From: Nitrospira japonica | GTDB taxonomy: Bacteria; Nitrospirota; Thermodesulfovibrionia; Thermodesulfovibrionales; SM23-35 | Direction: 5' to 3' | Assembly: GCA_020725385.1 (NCBI GenBank) | Contig: DYFC01000053.1 | Location: forward strand, 1 to 48,358 | DNA: 48,358 bases | Shown here: one piece after another, positions 27,256 through 38,097 of the stretch | How the letters are laid out: every line of letters begins with the position of its first letter | How positions within the stretch are numbered: the stretch's first letter is position 1 | The notes under the pieces: generated by a model | The model's input: the letters and a program-made list of their open reading frames with translations, nothing else | Database searches by the model: none | Told to the model about the DNA's origin: nothing | Position numbers and translations under genes: made by a program

Positions 27256-28647
27256 TTATTGAAGTACACTTGTAATACGTGAAACAAGCTCCGGGAAATC
27301 TTTCTCATTCAAAGTTCTTGCATCAAATAATAGTGAATCTTCTTTAATCCTTGCAATAACCGGAGGGGTACCTTTTCTCAATTTTTCTTCAAATTCATTC
27401 ACAGTAATATTAAGAGGTTTTATAGAAACAACAAAAGTAGGAAAATCTGTCTCAGGCAATGAGCCTCCGCCAGCTCTTGATGTATCGGGCATTACTTTTA
27501 TTATTGCATTTGCAATATATTTTTTTATTTTTCTTGCAAAGCATTCCGCTCTTTTCTTTATTTCTTCCGGACTCTGAAGAATCATTCTAAGAGTTGGTAT
27601 ATTCTTAACAGCTTTCTCTTCATCAACATATTCCATAAGGGTTGCTTCAAAACCCGCCAGTGTAAGTTTATCAACTCTCACTGCCCTTGTAATCGGATTC
27701 TTCTGAATTTTATCTATGTAAAACTTGCTGCCAACTATAACACCACCTTGCGGACCACCAAGCAATTTATCACCGCTGAATGTTGTAAGATCAACTCCTT
27801 TTTTTACTATATCTTTAACAGCAGGCTCATCATGAATACCATATTGTTTTAAGTCTATAAGACATCCGCTTCCGAGATCGAACATGACAGGAATATTATG
27901 TTTGCGGCCGAGTCTTACAAGCTCTTCAATAGGAACTTCATCAGAAAACCCTGTTATTCTATAATTTGATTTATGTACTTTAAGTATAAGAGCAGTGTTT
28001 TCATTAATTGCCTGTTCATAATCAAATAGATGGGTCTTATTTGTAGTGCCAACTTCACGAAGTATTGCACCGCTTGATTTCATTACATCAGGTATTCTGA
28101 ATGACCCACCTATCTCAACAAGTTCTCCACGCGAAACTATAACTTCTTTATTTTTCGCAAGTGTATTAAGCGAGAGAAATACAGCAGCAGCATTGTTATT
28201 AACTACAAGAGCATCTTCAGCCCCTGTAACTTCACGAAGAATTCTCTTAACATGAGTATATCTTTTCCCTCTCTTACCTTTCTCTATATCATATTCAAGA
28301 TTAGAATAACCTGATGAAATTTTAAGAATATTTTCAAGAATCTTTTCGGATAAAATTGACCTGCCGAGATTTGTGTGTATAACAACACCTGTAGCATTTA
28401 TGACATGTTTCAGGCTATATGATGATAAGAATTCTATCCTTTTGAGAATTTCCTTATTAAGGTCTTCCGGAGAAAAATCAAAAGAAATGTTTTCAATAAT
28501 TGCCTTCCTCTGTGAATCAATTGCTTCCCTTATCCCCTGTATAACAAACTTTCTCGGATACTTATTTAACCATTCAAGACCTTGCTGGCTTTTAAGTATT
28601 TCATCAACAGAAGGAAGACTTGCAAGTAATTTCTGTTTTTCATGCAT
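27256..28647 (-). CDS. selA: L-seryl-tRNA(Sec) selenium transferase
   Basis: VINATGVVIHTNLGR, VVNNNAAAV, VSRGELVEIGGSFRIP, EVGTTNKT and FSGDKLLGGPQ motifs. Confidence 0.97.
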   Translation of the reverse strand: MHEKQKLLASLPSVDEILKSQQGLEWLNKYPRKFVIQGIREAIDSQRKAIIENISFDFSPEDLNKEILKRIEFLSSYSLKHVINATGVVIHTNLGRSILSEKILENILKISSGYSNLEYDIEKGKRGKRYTHVKRILREVTGAEDALVVNNNAAAVFLSLNTLAKNKEVIVSRGELVEIGGSFRIPDVMKSSGAILREVGTTNKTHLFDYEQAINENTALILKVHKSNYRITGFSDEVPIEELVRLGRKHNIPVMFDLGSGCLIDLKQYGIHDEPAVKDIVKKGVDLTTFSGDKLLGGPQGGVIVGSKFYIDKIQKNPITRAVRVDKLTLAGFEATLMEYVDEEKAVKNIPTLRMILQSPEEIKKRAECFARKIKKYIANAIIKVMPDTSRAGGGSLPETDFPTFVVSIKPLNITVNEFEEKLRKGTPPVIARIKEDSLLFDARTLNEKDFPELVSRITSVLQ

Positions 28648-29463
28648 TTAATTTTTACCCATAGAAATTGGTATTGTTTCCGTCCTTTCAGCCCTCCATG
28701 TTCCAGAATGTTTATTTTTAGTTTTATAAGTTCCTGACATATTTTCGCCGGTGATTGTTCCTGTTGCAGTAATTTCGTCTTCAACGTATATGATAAGGGT
28801 AATATTAGTACCACTAATTACCCCAAAAATTTCGTATATTTCCCAGATATCATCATAGAGAGTAATAAATTCTCCTATCACAAGATTACCTGATTGACTT
28901 AAATTAAGATATTCCGGTCCTGCTTCAGATGATTTCTTTTCAGTGTGATAAACCTTCCAGTAACCTGAAATATCATATGCCGGAGGTTGCAATATCGTGC
29001 CTTTGAAAGTTCCCGAGAAAGTTACCTTTCCATGAATATCAAACTCATCCGAATAAACATTCATATATATTTTAATGGTGCCGCTCATTTTTCCATTCTT
29101 ACTTTCGGTACCGGTAACGGTCATTTTGGTAATTTCTTCTATATTTATATCTGTTCCAATGTCTTCTGTCAGAGATTCTTCAAAATTGCTTATTATATCG
29201 TCTACATTCGGGTTAATAGAAAACTTTTTCCCATTTTGAGTCCATGTTCCTCCCATACCTTCAGTTTCAAAACTTCCATCATTGTTGAATATCCACATAT
29301 CATTAATAGAGCCTTTAAGGGTCTTAGTTTTATATCCCTTTGCACTTATCTTTGTTGTGACACTTCCCTGAACATACCAGTTTCCTGCCATTGAAGCCCA
29401 TACAAAGTTAGAGAAAGTAAAAGTAAAAATGGATACAATTAAAAAGATAATTATTTTTTTCAA
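28648..29463 (-). CDS. Hypothetical secreted protein with two probable beta-barrel domains
   Basis: TTG start after AGGAGG, signal peptide ending VWA, two GxW-initiated beta-rich halves (MAGNWYV, ISGYWKV). Confidence 0.75.
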   Translation of the reverse strand: MKKIIIFLIVSIFTFTFSNFVWASMAGNWYVQGSVTTKISAKGYKTKTLKGSINDMWIFNNDGSFETEGMGGTWTQNGKKFSINPNVDDIISNFEESLTEDIGTDINIEEITKMTVTGTESKNGKMSGTIKIYMNVYSDEFDIHGKVTFSGTFKGTILQPPAYDISGYWKVYHTEKKSSEAGPEYLNLSQSGNLVIGEFITLYDDIWEIYEIFGVISGTNITLIIYVEDEITATGTITGENMSGTYKTKNKHSGTWRAERTETIPISMGKN

Positions 29464-29698
29464 AGCTATCCTCCTTATTTTTTTTAATCTAATGTTACCA
29501 TACTTATATTTTTCTCATCAATCTAAATATAATATTGAACCGAAAAATGGAATTGAAAAAACTAATAATCCATCAAGCCTCCGGGCAAAGAGTGAAGAGC
29601 AAAAAATAAGGTTTACATTGATTCCGAAGGAGTATATATAGGCAACCGGGGAATCCTGTCTCTACTCCATTTTGAAATACTGTTTTTGTATTATATCT

Positions 29699-29728
29699 AT
29701 TGACAAGCATTGACTAAATTGTTATTAT
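29699..29728 (+). promoter_or_regulatory. Sigma70 promoter of dnaJ-hspR-clpB with an overlapping HAIR-like operator
   Basis: TTGACA (29700-05), 17 nt, TATTAT (29723-28) with TGn. ATTGACA-N7-ACTAAAT matches CTTGAGT-N7-ACTCAAG at 9/14 positions. Confidence 0.65.
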
Positions 29729-29753
29729 ATGAAATATAACAAAGGGGGATGCA

Positions 29754-30839
29754 ATGACAACTGAATCAAAGGATTACTATAAAATTCTCGGTATCAGCAA
29801 AAATGCTTCCCAAGATGAAATAAAAAAAGCATATAGAAAGCTTGCCCGTAAATATCACCCTGATTTAAACCCGGGTAATAAAGCTGCAGAACAGAAATTT
29901 AAAGAAATCAACGAAGCTTATAGTGTGCTTGGTGATGAAAAGAAGCGGGCTGAATATGACCAATTTGGAACTTCTCCTTTTGGCCCGGGAGGTCCTGGGT
30001 TTGAAGGCTTTAGAACATACACAGGGCAGGAAACATTCGATTTTGGCGGATTTGCAGATATTTTCTCGGATATTTTCGGGGCAAGAACAAAAGCCGAACC
30101 ACACTATTCAAGAGGACCGGATTTGATAATGGGGCTTGAGCTTTCCCTTGAAGAAGCTTTTTCAGGTGTTACAAAACCTATAACTTTCAATCGGGAAGCT
30201 CCATGTAAAGTTTGTAATGGTACAGGTGCTGAATCTTCAAAGGTATGCGAGGACTGCAATGGTACCGGAACTTCAAAAACCCAGAAAGGTTTCTTTAAAA
30301 TGTCTCAGGTCTGCAATTCATGCGGAGGTACTGGTAGAAAAATTACAAAGGTTTGTAGTTCATGTAGTGGTAGAGGAAGCATACTCCAGACAGAAACAGT
30401 AAAAGTCAAAATACCTGCTGGTGCAGATACAGGCTCACGGGTCAAATTAAAAGGAATGGGCGGAGCAGGCATTGGTGGAGGGCCATCCGGAGATCTGTTA
30501 ATAGAGATAACCGTACAACCACATAGGATTTTTAAAAGAAAGGGTGATGACATTTATCTTGATTTACCTGTCACATTTGCCGAAGCAGCACTTGGCGCAA
30601 AAATAGAAGTGCCAACTCTTGATGGATTAGCAGCTGTTACAATACCTCCGGGCACACACGGAGGCCAGAGACTTAAACTATCTGGCAAAGGAATGCCTTC
30701 ACCAAAAACAGGGGCACGCGGAAATCAATATATTGATATAAAAATAGTAGTGCCAAAAAATATTGATAATAAAGCCAGAGAAAAAATTCGTGAGATTGAG
30801 GCTTTATATAAAGAAAATCCACGAAAGGGGTTGTATTAA
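29754..30839 (+). CDS. dnaJ: Chaperone DnaJ (class A)
   Basis: J domain with HPD, G/F region with DIF motifs, four CxxCxGxG repeats, C-terminal domain. Confidence 0.95.
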   Translation: MTTESKDYYKILGISKNASQDEIKKAYRKLARKYHPDLNPGNKAAEQKFKEINEAYSVLGDEKKRAEYDQFGTSPFGPGGPGFEGFRTYTGQETFDFGGFADIFSDIFGARTKAEPHYSRGPDLIMGLELSLEEAFSGVTKPITFNREAPCKVCNGTGAESSKVCEDCNGTGTSKTQKGFFKMSQVCNSCGGTGRKITKVCSSCSGRGSILQTETVKVKIPAGADTGSRVKLKGMGGAGIGGGPSGDLLIEITVQPHRIFKRKGDDIYLDLPVTFAEAALGAKIEVPTLDGLAAVTIPPGTHGGQRLKLSGKGMPSPKTGARGNQYIDIKIVVPKNIDNKAREKIREIEALYKENPRKGLY

Positions 30840-30841
30840 TT

Positions 30842-31192
30842 ATGAATCAAAAAGACAAAAAACAACCGCTTTATATGATTAGTGTAGTTGCAAAAATGCT
30901 GAATGTACATCCGCAAACATTGCGTTTATATGAAAGAGAGGGGCTAATAGTTCCAACAAGGAGCACAAGACCACGCCTCTATTCTGAAGAAGATGTTGAA
31001 AAAATTGCAATGATTCTCAGGTTAACACGTGAACTCGGAGTCAACAGATCGGGTGTTGAAATAATTCTAAGGATGAGGAATAAACTTGAGTGCTTGCAAA
31101 AAGAGATTGAAGATATGATGAACTATCTTGAAGATGATATTAAAAGAGATTTTATTGAACGCTTCAAGAAAGTTTTTCAAGAAGAAGAATAA
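30842..31192 (+). CDS. hspR: MerR-family heat-shock repressor HspR
   Basis: YMISVVAKMLNVHPQTLRLYEREGL..P.RS...RLYS and LTRELGVN motifs; located between dnaJ and clpB. Confidence 0.9.
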   Translation: MNQKDKKQPLYMISVVAKMLNVHPQTLRLYEREGLIVPTRSTRPRLYSEEDVEKIAMILRLTRELGVNRSGVEIILRMRNKLECLQKEIEDMMNYLEDDIKRDFIERFKKVFQEEE

Positions 31193-31204
31193 GGAGGTAA
31201 TTAT

Positions 31205-33841
31205 ATGGATAATTTAACTATAAAGAGTCAGGAAGCAATACAAACAGCGCAAAAACTTGCCGAGAGAAAAGGCAATCAGCAGATTGACGCCGAACATCTT
31301 CTCTGGGCTTTGCTGGATGATGAAGAAGGTGTAGCTGCCCAGATTTTAAAAAGAATCGGTATTGATACAAAATCTCTTCAGAAAGATGTTGAAGTAGCGA
31401 TTGAGAAATTCCCGAAAGTCATTGGTGCAACACCTTTAGGTCAATTATATGTTTCACCAAGATTTAAGGAAGTCCTGGAAAATGCTGAAAAAGGAGCTAA
31501 ACATCTCAAAGACGAATATATTAGTGTTGAACATCTGCTAACAGCTCTTACTACTGTAGGCGGTCCATGCTCTGAACTCCTAAAAAAATATGGAGCAACA
31601 ACTGACAAAATACTTACTGCTATGCGGGAAATCAGAGGAGCCCAGAGAGTTACAGACCCAAATCCTGAAGAAAAATATCAGGCTTTGAAAAGATTCAGCC
31701 GCGATCTAACAGAGCTTGCAAAAAAAGGAAAGCTTGACCCTGTAATCGGAAGGGATGATGAAATCAGACGTATAATTCAGGTTCTTTCAAGGCGTACAAA
31801 GAACAATCCTGTGCTTATAGGTGAACCCGGCGTTGGCAAAACAGCAATAGCAGAGGGTCTTGCCGAAAGAATAGTTGCAGGTGATGTACCTGATACTCTT
31901 AAAGATAAAAAGGTTGTTGCACTTGATATGGGAGCGATTGTAGCTGGGTCAAAGTTTAGAGGTGAATTTGAAGAGAGATTGAAAGCGGTTCTTAAAGATA
32001 TAGAACAAGCAGAAGGAAAGGTTATTCTTTTCATTGATGAACTTCATACATTGGTTGGTGCTGGCGCTGCTGAAGGAGCTATTGATGCTTCTAATATGTT
32101 AAAGCCTGCTCTGGCAAGAGGTGATTTAAGATGTATTGGAGCTACAACAATAGATGAATATAGAAAACATATAGAGAAAGACCCTGCGCTTGAAAGAAGG
32201 TTTCAGCCAATTTTAATAAAAGAGCCTTCTGTTGAAGACACTATTTCTATATTGAGGGGGCTTAAGGAACGTTATGAAGTTCATCATGGAGTAAAGATAA
32301 AAGACTCTGCTCTTATTTCAGCCGCTGTTCTTTCGAACAGATATATCACTGACAGATTTTTGCCTGACAAAGCTATAGATTTAATTGATGAAGCTGCATC
32401 AAAGCTCAGAATGGAAATAGATAGTATGCCCATTGAACTCGATGAGATTGAAAGAAAAATGAGGCAGCTTGAGATTGAAAAACAGGCTGTAATGAAAGAT
32501 GATTCAAGAGAATCAAAAGAAAAGCTTGAGAAGATTTCAAGGGAAATGTCAGAACTTCAGAGCAAGCGTGATGAACTAAGAGCTCAGTGGATGAGCGAAA
32601 AAGAGATAATCGCAAAAATAAGAGAATACAAAGAAAACATTGAAAAAACAAAGATTGAATCAGAAAGAGCTGAACGTGAGGGAGACCTTACAAAAGCTGC
32701 TGAGTTAAGATACGGCAAGTTAATTGAGCTTCAGAAATCTCTTGATGCAGAAAATAAAAAACTTCTTGAAGCACAGAAAAAAAGGAAAATGCTCAAAGAA
32801 GAAGTTGATGAGGAAGACATTGCAGAGGTCGTCTCGAAATGGACGGGTATTCCTGTTAGCAGAATGCTTGAAGGTGAAGTTCAAAAGCTCATACATATGG
32901 ATGAACGTTTAAGACAGAGAGTTGTAGGTCAGGACGAAGCAATCGAAGCAGTTGCAAATGCGGTAAGACGTGCAAGAGCTGGGATACAGGATCCAAACAG
33001 ACCTATTGGTTCCTTCATCTTTTTAGGTCCAACAGGTGTTGGAAAAACAGAGCTTGCAAGAGCACTGGCAGAATTTCTTTTTGATGATGAAAATGCAATG
33101 ATAAGAATTGACATGTCCGAGTATCAGGAACGACACACTGTTTCAAGACTAATTGGAGCGCCTCCGGGATATGTTGGTTATGAGGAAGGCGGCCAGCTAA
33201 CCGAAGCTGTCAGGCGTAAACCTTATTCTGTAATTCTCTTTGACGAGGTTGAAAAAGCGCATCCCGAGGTATTCAATCTGCTTCTCCAGTTGCTCGATGA
33301 TGGAAGACTTACAGACAGTCATGGAAGAACTGTTGATTTCAGAAATGCTGTAGTAATTATGACTTCAAATATTGGAAGCGTTCATATTCAGGAGATGCTC
33401 GAAGATAGAGCCAAAAAACCTTCTGCATATTGGGTAAGCAGCAACGAAGAATTGAAAGAAAAAATAATGGAAGACCTAAAATCTTTCTTCAGACCTGAAT
33501 TTTTAAACAGGGTTGATGAGATAATTATATTCAATCCTCTGACAAAGGATTTACTCAAACAAATAGTCGAGATTCAGGTAAATAGAATGAAAAAATATAT
33601 CAAGGAAAAGAACATTGACATAGTATTGACAGATAAAGCAAAAGAATACTTTGCTGAAATCGGATTCGATCCAATATATGGAGCAAGACCTTTAAGAAGG
33701 GCATTACAGAGAGAAATCTTAAATCCACTTGCTTTGAAAATTCTTGATAAAACATTTAATGAAGGAGATACCGTTGAAGTTGATTATGAAAAAGGGAAAC
33801 TGACTTTTACACGTATGATTCATGCGGAAATAGAAGTATAA
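31205..33841 (+). CDS. clpB: ATP-dependent chaperone ClpB
   Basis: Two AAA+ modules ([16 protein letters not shown]), long M-domain with [16 protein letters not shown]. Confidence 0.97.
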   Translation: MDNLTIKSQEAIQTAQKLAERKGNQQIDAEHLLWALLDDEEGVAAQILKRIGIDTKSLQKDVEVAIEKFPKVIGATPLGQLYVSPRFKEVLENAEKGAKHLKDEYISVEHLLTALTTVGGPCSELLKKYGATTDKILTAMREIRGAQRVTDPNPEEKYQALKRFSRDLTELAKKGKLDPVIGRDDEIRRIIQVLSRRTKNNPVLIGEPGVGKTAIAEGLAERIVAGDVPDTLKDKKVVALDMGAIVAGSKFRGEFEERLKAVLKDIEQAEGKVILFIDELHTLVGAGAAEGAIDASNMLKPALARGDLRCIGATTIDEYRKHIEKDPALERRFQPILIKEPSVEDTISILRGLKERYEVHHGVKIKDSALISAAVLSNRYITDRFLPDKAIDLIDEAASKLRMEIDSMPIELDEIERKMRQLEIEKQAVMKDDSRESKEKLEKISREMSELQSKRDELRAQWMSEKEIIAKIREYKENIEKTKIESERAEREGDLTKAAELRYGKLIELQKSLDAENKKLLEAQKKRKMLKEEVDEEDIAEVVSKWTGIPVSRMLEGEVQKLIHMDERLRQRVVGQDEAIEAVANAVRRARAGIQDPNRPIGSFIFLGPTGVGKTELARALAEFLFDDENAMIRIDMSEYQERHTVSRLIGAPPGYVGYEEGGQLTEAVRRKPYSVILFDEVEKAHPEVFNLLLQLLDDGRLTDSHGRTVDFRNAVVIMTSNIGSVHIQEMLEDRAKKPSAYWVSSNEELKEKIMEDLKSFFRPEFLNRVDEIIIFNPLTKDLLKQIVEIQVNRMKKYIKEKNIDIVLTDKAKEYFAEIGFDPIYGARPLRRALQREILNPLALKILDKTFNEGDTVEVDYEKGKLTFTRMIHAEIEV

Positions 33842-33851
33842 ATTGAAAATA

Positions 33852-33896
33852 TAAATGAGAAAAAGGAGCAAAAATCAAACTCCTTTTTCTCATTTA
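33852..33896. terminator. Hairpin between convergent clpB and rplQ (probable bidirectional terminator)
   Basis: 17-bp perfect inverted repeat TAAATGAGAAAAAGGAG/CTCCTTTTTCTCATTTA with an 11-nt loop. Confidence 0.75.
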
Positions 33897-33908
33897 CCAA
33901 GATTTAAC

Positions 33909-34328
33909 CTATTGTGTGGTTTCTTTTTCCTTCTTTTTAGCTTTCTTTGATTCTTTTGTTTTTGCTATATCCTCGTAATCAATAAATTCAAGCACTGCCA
34001 TTGGAGCAGAATCATTCACACGGTTTCTCGTCTGGATTATTCTCAAATATCCACCATTTCGTCCTGTAAATCTTGGAGCTATGTCTTTAAATAATTTTGC
34101 TATTACTGCTCTATTTGGCACATATGATAATGCTAATCTCTTTGAATGCAAATCACCTTTTATGCCGAGTGTTATTACTTTTTCTGCTATTCTTTTTGCT
34201 TCCTTTGCTTTCGCAACTGTAGTCTCTATCCTTTCATGTTCAAGTAAGGATACAACAAGATTTCTTAACAAAGCTTTTCTCTGATTTGCGGGTCTTCCAA
34301 ATAATCTACCATCAACTTTGTGACGCAT
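33909..34328 (-). CDS. rplQ: 50S ribosomal protein L17
   Basis: MRHK start at 34328; IETTVAKAKE and RNGGYLRI motifs; overlaps the rpoA end. Confidence 0.96.
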   Translation of the reverse strand: MRHKVDGRLFGRPANQRKALLRNLVVSLLEHERIETTVAKAKEAKRIAEKVITLGIKGDLHSKRLALSYVPNRAVIAKLFKDIAPRFTGRNGGYLRIIQTRNRVNDSAPMAVLEFIDYEDIAKTKESKKAKKKEKETTQ

Positions 34329-35367
34329 CTTTATCAACACCTCCAATATGCATAGAAGCTTCTTTACTCAAAGCATCCATATCTACTCTCATGCCAAGGC
34401 GCAGCCCCATAGAATGGAGAATTTCCTTTATTTCATTAAGTGATTTGCGGCCAAAATTCTTTGTCCGGAGCATTTCCTGCTCTGTTTTTTGTACCAGATC
34501 TGCAATTGTTTTAATATTGGCATTTTTAAGACAATTATAAGAACGCACTGAAAGTTCCAGTTCATCAACACTTTTTAATAAATTTACATTATAAACAGGG
34601 TCATTTGTAGCGACGCTAACAAGTGGCATTTCCTCTGAAGTAGCAATCTGTTCTTCTTCTATATCTTCATACTCAAGAACGAATAAATTCGCTACCTCAA
34701 TAATAATTGTTGCAGCCTGAGAAATTGCTTTCTCAGGTGTTATACTGCCATCAGTCCAAATCTCCATAATAAGTCTGTCATAGTCAGTTGCTCTTCCAAC
34801 TCTTGCTTTTTCTACAACAAAGTTTACCTTTCTTATTGGTGTAAAGATTGAATCGACTGCTATCATATTTACAGGCATGGTCTCATCCTTATTCGCTTCA
34901 GCTTGAGCATATCCCATGCCCTTTTTTATGAAAAGCTCTGCTTCGAAAGATGTATCCTTATCAAGCGTTGCGATAACCTGTTCGGGATTAAGAACCTCAA
35001 AAGAGGAATCACATTGTATATCAGCACCTGTTACCAAATGTGTCCCCTTGGTTCTTAAAAAAGCCATTTTATTGTTTCCTGAATGAATTTTAAATCTAAG
35101 CTTCTTTATATTAAGAATGACATCAACTACATCTTCTTTTACACCTTTTATCACGGAAAACTCGTGGAGAGCACCGGGTATCTTAACTGCTGTAACCGCA
35201 GCTCCTTCAATGGAAGATAACAACACCCTTCTTAGTGCATTCCCAAGAGTAATCCCATAACCACGCTCTAATGGTTCAGCTACCAGCTTGCCATAAGTGC
35301 CGGTAAGAGTTTCTTCATCGAATTTTATTGTTTCCGGTAACTGAAACCCCATTTTTTTAAGGTCCAT
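34312..35367 (-). CDS. rpoA: RNA polymerase alpha subunit
   Basis: EPLERGYGITLGNALRRVLLSS, DELELSVRSYNCLK and NFGRKSLNEI motifs. Confidence 0.98.
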   Translation of the reverse strand: MDLKKMGFQLPETIKFDEETLTGTYGKLVAEPLERGYGITLGNALRRVLLSSIEGAAVTAVKIPGALHEFSVIKGVKEDVVDVILNIKKLRFKIHSGNNKMAFLRTKGTHLVTGADIQCDSSFEVLNPEQVIATLDKDTSFEAELFIKKGMGYAQAEANKDETMPVNMIAVDSIFTPIRKVNFVVEKARVGRATDYDRLIMEIWTDGSITPEKAISQAATIIIEVANLFVLEYEDIEEEQIATSEEMPLVSVATNDPVYNVNLLKSVDELELSVRSYNCLKNANIKTIADLVQKTEQEMLRTKNFGRKSLNEIKEILHSMGLRLGMRVDMDALSKEASMHIGGVDKDASQS

Positions 35368-35411
35368 AAGGCCTCCTCTATACTTCTTTACTTTTACCTT
35401 TCAATCTAATA

Positions 35412-36038
35412 TTATTTCGAATAAAGTTCAACAATTAGCTGTTCCTGAACAGGAAGCTGAATTTCATCACGGGAAGGTATATTTACAACTTTACCCTTGA
35501 AATTGGCACTATCAACTTCAACCCAGGCCGGAATTCCCCGGTGTTCACTCTTTGAAAGACTATCTGCTATTTCCGGGATACTCCTGCTCGATTCTTTAAT
35601 CTCAATAACATCTCCCTTCTTCAAACCAAAAGAAGGCAGATTAACCTCTCTGCCGTTTACCAGCACATGACCGTGTCTGATAATCTGTCTCGCTCCTCTT
35701 CTATTAGGAGCAAATCCCATTCTGTAAACCATTGAATCAAGGCGGAATTCAACAAGCTGTAAAAGAACCTCGCCTGTTATGCCTTTCTTTCTCTCAGCTT
35801 CATGAAAATATTTTCTGAATTGTCTCTCAAGAATACCGTACATCTTCCTAACTTTTTGTTTTTCTCTTAACTGTAAACCATAGTCAGAGAGTTTTTTATA
35901 GCCCTGGCCATGCTGCCCCGGAGGATATTTTCTTCTTTCAATTGCACATTTCTCGGTATAACATCTGTCACCCTTGAGAAAAAGTTTATCCCCTTCTCTA
36001 CGGCAAATCCTGCATAAAGCACCAATATATCTTGCCAC
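35412..36038 (-). CDS. rpsD: 30S ribosomal protein S4 (Cys/Zn type)
   Basis: [21 protein letters not shown] and IVELYSK motifs. Confidence 0.98.
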   Translation of the reverse strand: MARYIGALCRICRREGDKLFLKGDRCYTEKCAIERRKYPPGQHGQGYKKLSDYGLQLREKQKVRKMYGILERQFRKYFHEAERKKGITGEVLLQLVEFRLDSMVYRMGFAPNRRGARQIIRHGHVLVNGREVNLPSFGLKKGDVIEIKESSRSIPEIADSLSKSEHRGIPAWVEVDSANFKGKVVNIPSRDEIQLPVQEQLIVELYSK

Positions 36039-36425
36039 TTACACCCTCCTTCTCTTTGGTGGTCTGCAACCATTATGTGGAACCGGAGTTACATCTTTAA
36101 TAAGATTTATCTCCAGCCCAGCAGCCTGTAAAGCACGAATTGCAGACTCTCTGCCGGCGCCGGGTCCTTTAACATATATATCTACCTGTTTCATTCCCAT
36201 ATCCATTGCTTTTTTAGCCACAGCAGCAGCAGCCATCTGAGCAGCATATGGAGTTCCTTTTCTTGAACCTTTAAATCCAAGATTGCCTGCACTTGCCCAG
36301 GTAATTACATCTCCATTGAGGTCTGTAATCGAAACAATGGTATTATTAAACGTTGCCTGAATATGTGCTGCGCCATAAACAATATTTCTTTTTTCTTTTT
36401 TAGCACCTTTTTTTCTTTGAGCCAT
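36039..36425 (-). CDS. rpsK: 30S ribosomal protein S11
   Basis: [20 protein letters not shown] and [18 protein letters not shown] motifs. Confidence 0.98.
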   Translation of the reverse strand: MAQRKKGAKKEKRNIVYGAAHIQATFNNTIVSITDLNGDVITWASAGNLGFKGSRKGTPYAAQMAAAAVAKKAMDMGMKQVDIYVKGPGAGRESAIRALQAAGLEINLIKDVTPVPHNGCRPPKRRRV

Positions 36426-36428
36426 ACT

Positions 36429-36803
36429 TTACGCCTCTTTCTTCTTACCCATAACTGCTTTTCGCGGGCCTTTACGGGTACGGGCATTGGTCTTTGTCCT
36501 TTGCCCTCTTACTGGAAGTCCTAAACGATGTCTCATCCCTCTATAACTACCAATATCTATCAGCCTTTTGATTGCCATTGAGATATCACGTCTGAGGTCA
36601 CCTTCAACCCTATAATCCCTCTCTATAACAGACCTTATCTTAATAACATCTTCGTTGGTAAGGTCCTTAACTCTTGTATTCATATTGACACCTGTTTCAG
36701 TCAATATTTTTCTTGAAAGGGATTTCCCTATACCAAAAATTCTGGTTAATCCAATTTCAACCCTTTCGTTTTTTGGCAGATCTACGCCAGCAATTCTAGC
36801 CAT
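36429..36803 (-). CDS. rpsM: 30S ribosomal protein S13
   Basis: [10 protein letters not shown] and [18 protein letters not shown] motifs. Confidence 0.98.
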   Translation of the reverse strand: MARIAGVDLPKNERVEIGLTRIFGIGKSLSRKILTETGVNMNTRVKDLTNEDVIKIRSVIERDYRVEGDLRRDISMAIKRLIDIGSYRGMRHRLGLPVRGQRTKTNARTRKGPRKAVMGKKKEA

Positions 36804-36823
36804 ATTTTCTCCTCATTCATATT

Positions 36824-36891
36824 ATCATTAGCCACAATGAATATTCATTAAGGCCGCTTTGTTCTATTAATGAATATTGTTGACTAATGAT
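36824..36891. repeat. Imperfect long inverted repeat between rpmJ and rpsM
   Basis: ATCATTAGCCACAATGAATATTCATTAA ... TTAATGAATATTGTTGACTAATGAT. Confidence 0.6.
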
Positions 36892-36912
36892 GGTTGACTT
36901 TTTTTCGTATTC

Positions 36913-37026
36913 TTATCCCTGTTTTTGTTTGTGCCTCGGATTTTCGCAAAGTATTCTTAAAACGCCTTTCCTTTTGACTATTTTGCATTTCGAGCAAATT
37001 GGTTTCACAGATGAGCGCACTTTCAT
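36913..37026 (-). CDS. rpmJ: 50S ribosomal protein L36 (absent from the ORF track)
   Basis: Manual translation [37 protein letters not shown] (37 aa, Zn-ribbon form); GAGG RBS. Confidence 0.97.
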   Translation of the reverse strand: MKVRSSVKPICSKCKIVKRKGVLRILCENPRHKQKQG

Positions 37027-37059
37027 GATATAACCTCTTTATTTTTCTACTTTTTTTAT

Positions 37060-37278
37060 CTATTTAAATCTGTAAGTAATTCTTCCTTTAGTAAGATCAT
37101 AAGGAGATAATTCCACCGTGACTTTATCTCCTGGCAGAATTTTTATAAAATGCATCCTCATTTTTCCGGATACATAAGCAAGAATTACCTGACCATTTTC
37201 AAGTTCAACCTTAAACATCGCATTTGGCAATGTTTCAATAATTGTTCCTTCAACTTCTATATTATCTTCTTTTGGCAT
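37060..37278 (-). CDS. infA: Translation initiation factor IF-1
   Basis: [29 protein letters not shown] and [10 protein letters not shown] motifs. Confidence 0.98.
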   Translation of the reverse strand: MPKEDNIEVEGTIIETLPNAMFKVELENGQVILAYVSGKMRMHFIKILPGDKVTVELSPYDLTKGRITYRFK

Positions 37279-37299
37279 TAGCTGGTTATTATACTATTA

Positions 37300-38049
37300 T
37301 TAATTAATTTGAGTCAATATTCTTGGATTATCATTAGTAATTACTATTGTATGTTCAAAATGTGCCGATAGTTTTCCATCCATTGTCACAGCCGTCCATC
37401 CATCCTCAAGCACCATAACCTCGTAACCACCTTCATTTACCATTGGCTCTATTGCCAGTGTCATTCCGGGTCTTAGCCTCGGTCCCCTATTAGGGCTACC
37501 AAAATTCGGTACCTGAGGATCCTCATGGAGATCTCTTCCAATCCCGTGGCCTACAAATGCTCTGACAACAGAATAACCATTGTCCTCTACATGCTTTTGA
37601 ATGGCATATGAAATATCCGATACTCTATTGCCATCACGTGCTTTATCTATGCCAATATACAGAGCTTCTTCTGCAACTCTTAATAATCTTTCTACAGAAG
37701 GTTCTATTTTTCCAACAGGGAATGTATAAGCAGCATCCCCGTAAAAACCATCTTTTAAAACCCCGAGGTCAACCCCGAGAATGTCGCCTTCATTAAGTAC
37801 CCTGCCTGAAGGGATTCCATGTATAACTTCATTATTAACCGAAGCACAGATTGATGCAGGATAACCCCTATAACCTTTAAAAGCCGGTATTGCATCCCAG
37901 CTTCTTATATATTCATCCGCAATCTTATCAATTTCACCGGTTGTTATACCAGGACGTATCTTATCCCTTAAATAATCGAGTGTTTTGCCTACAATGGTAC
38001 AGGCACGGGACATTTTTTCTATTTCTTCTTTGGACTTCAAAATAATCAT
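37300..38049 (-). CDS. map: Methionine aminopeptidase type I
   Basis: CASVNNEVIHGIP, GHGIG..LHEDP, AIEPM and SAHFEHT motifs. Confidence 0.97.
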   Translation of the reverse strand: MIILKSKEEIEKMSRACTIVGKTLDYLRDKIRPGITTGEIDKIADEYIRSWDAIPAFKGYRGYPASICASVNNEVIHGIPSGRVLNEGDILGVDLGVLKDGFYGDAAYTFPVGKIEPSVERLLRVAEEALYIGIDKARDGNRVSDISYAIQKHVEDNGYSVVRAFVGHGIGRDLHEDPQVPNFGSPNRGPRLRPGMTLAIEPMVNEGGYEVMVLEDGWTAVTMDGKLSAHFEHTIVITNDNPRILTQIN

Positions 38050-38097
38050 TTATTGTTAATTGATGCCTCATACATTATTTTCTTGATAGCGATCCTG

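Noticed and set aside
29532-29555. Third copy of the MITE inverted repeat (ATATTGAACCGAAAAATGGAATTG)
   Set aside because: It needs indels to align, has no partner repeat and is A-rich, so chance similarity is plausible.
29429-29641. 70-aa ORF upstream of dnaJ
   Set aside because: It overlaps the start of the opposite-strand gene, has no RBS and runs through repeat remnants.
25060-29753. tRNA-Sec (selC) near selA
   Set aside because: No cloverleaf, TCA anticodon arm or GTTCGA T-loop was seen in these intergenic regions by eye.
29464-29753. CIRCE/HrcA operator upstream of dnaJ
   Set aside because: No TTAGCACTC-N9-GAGTGCTAA match.
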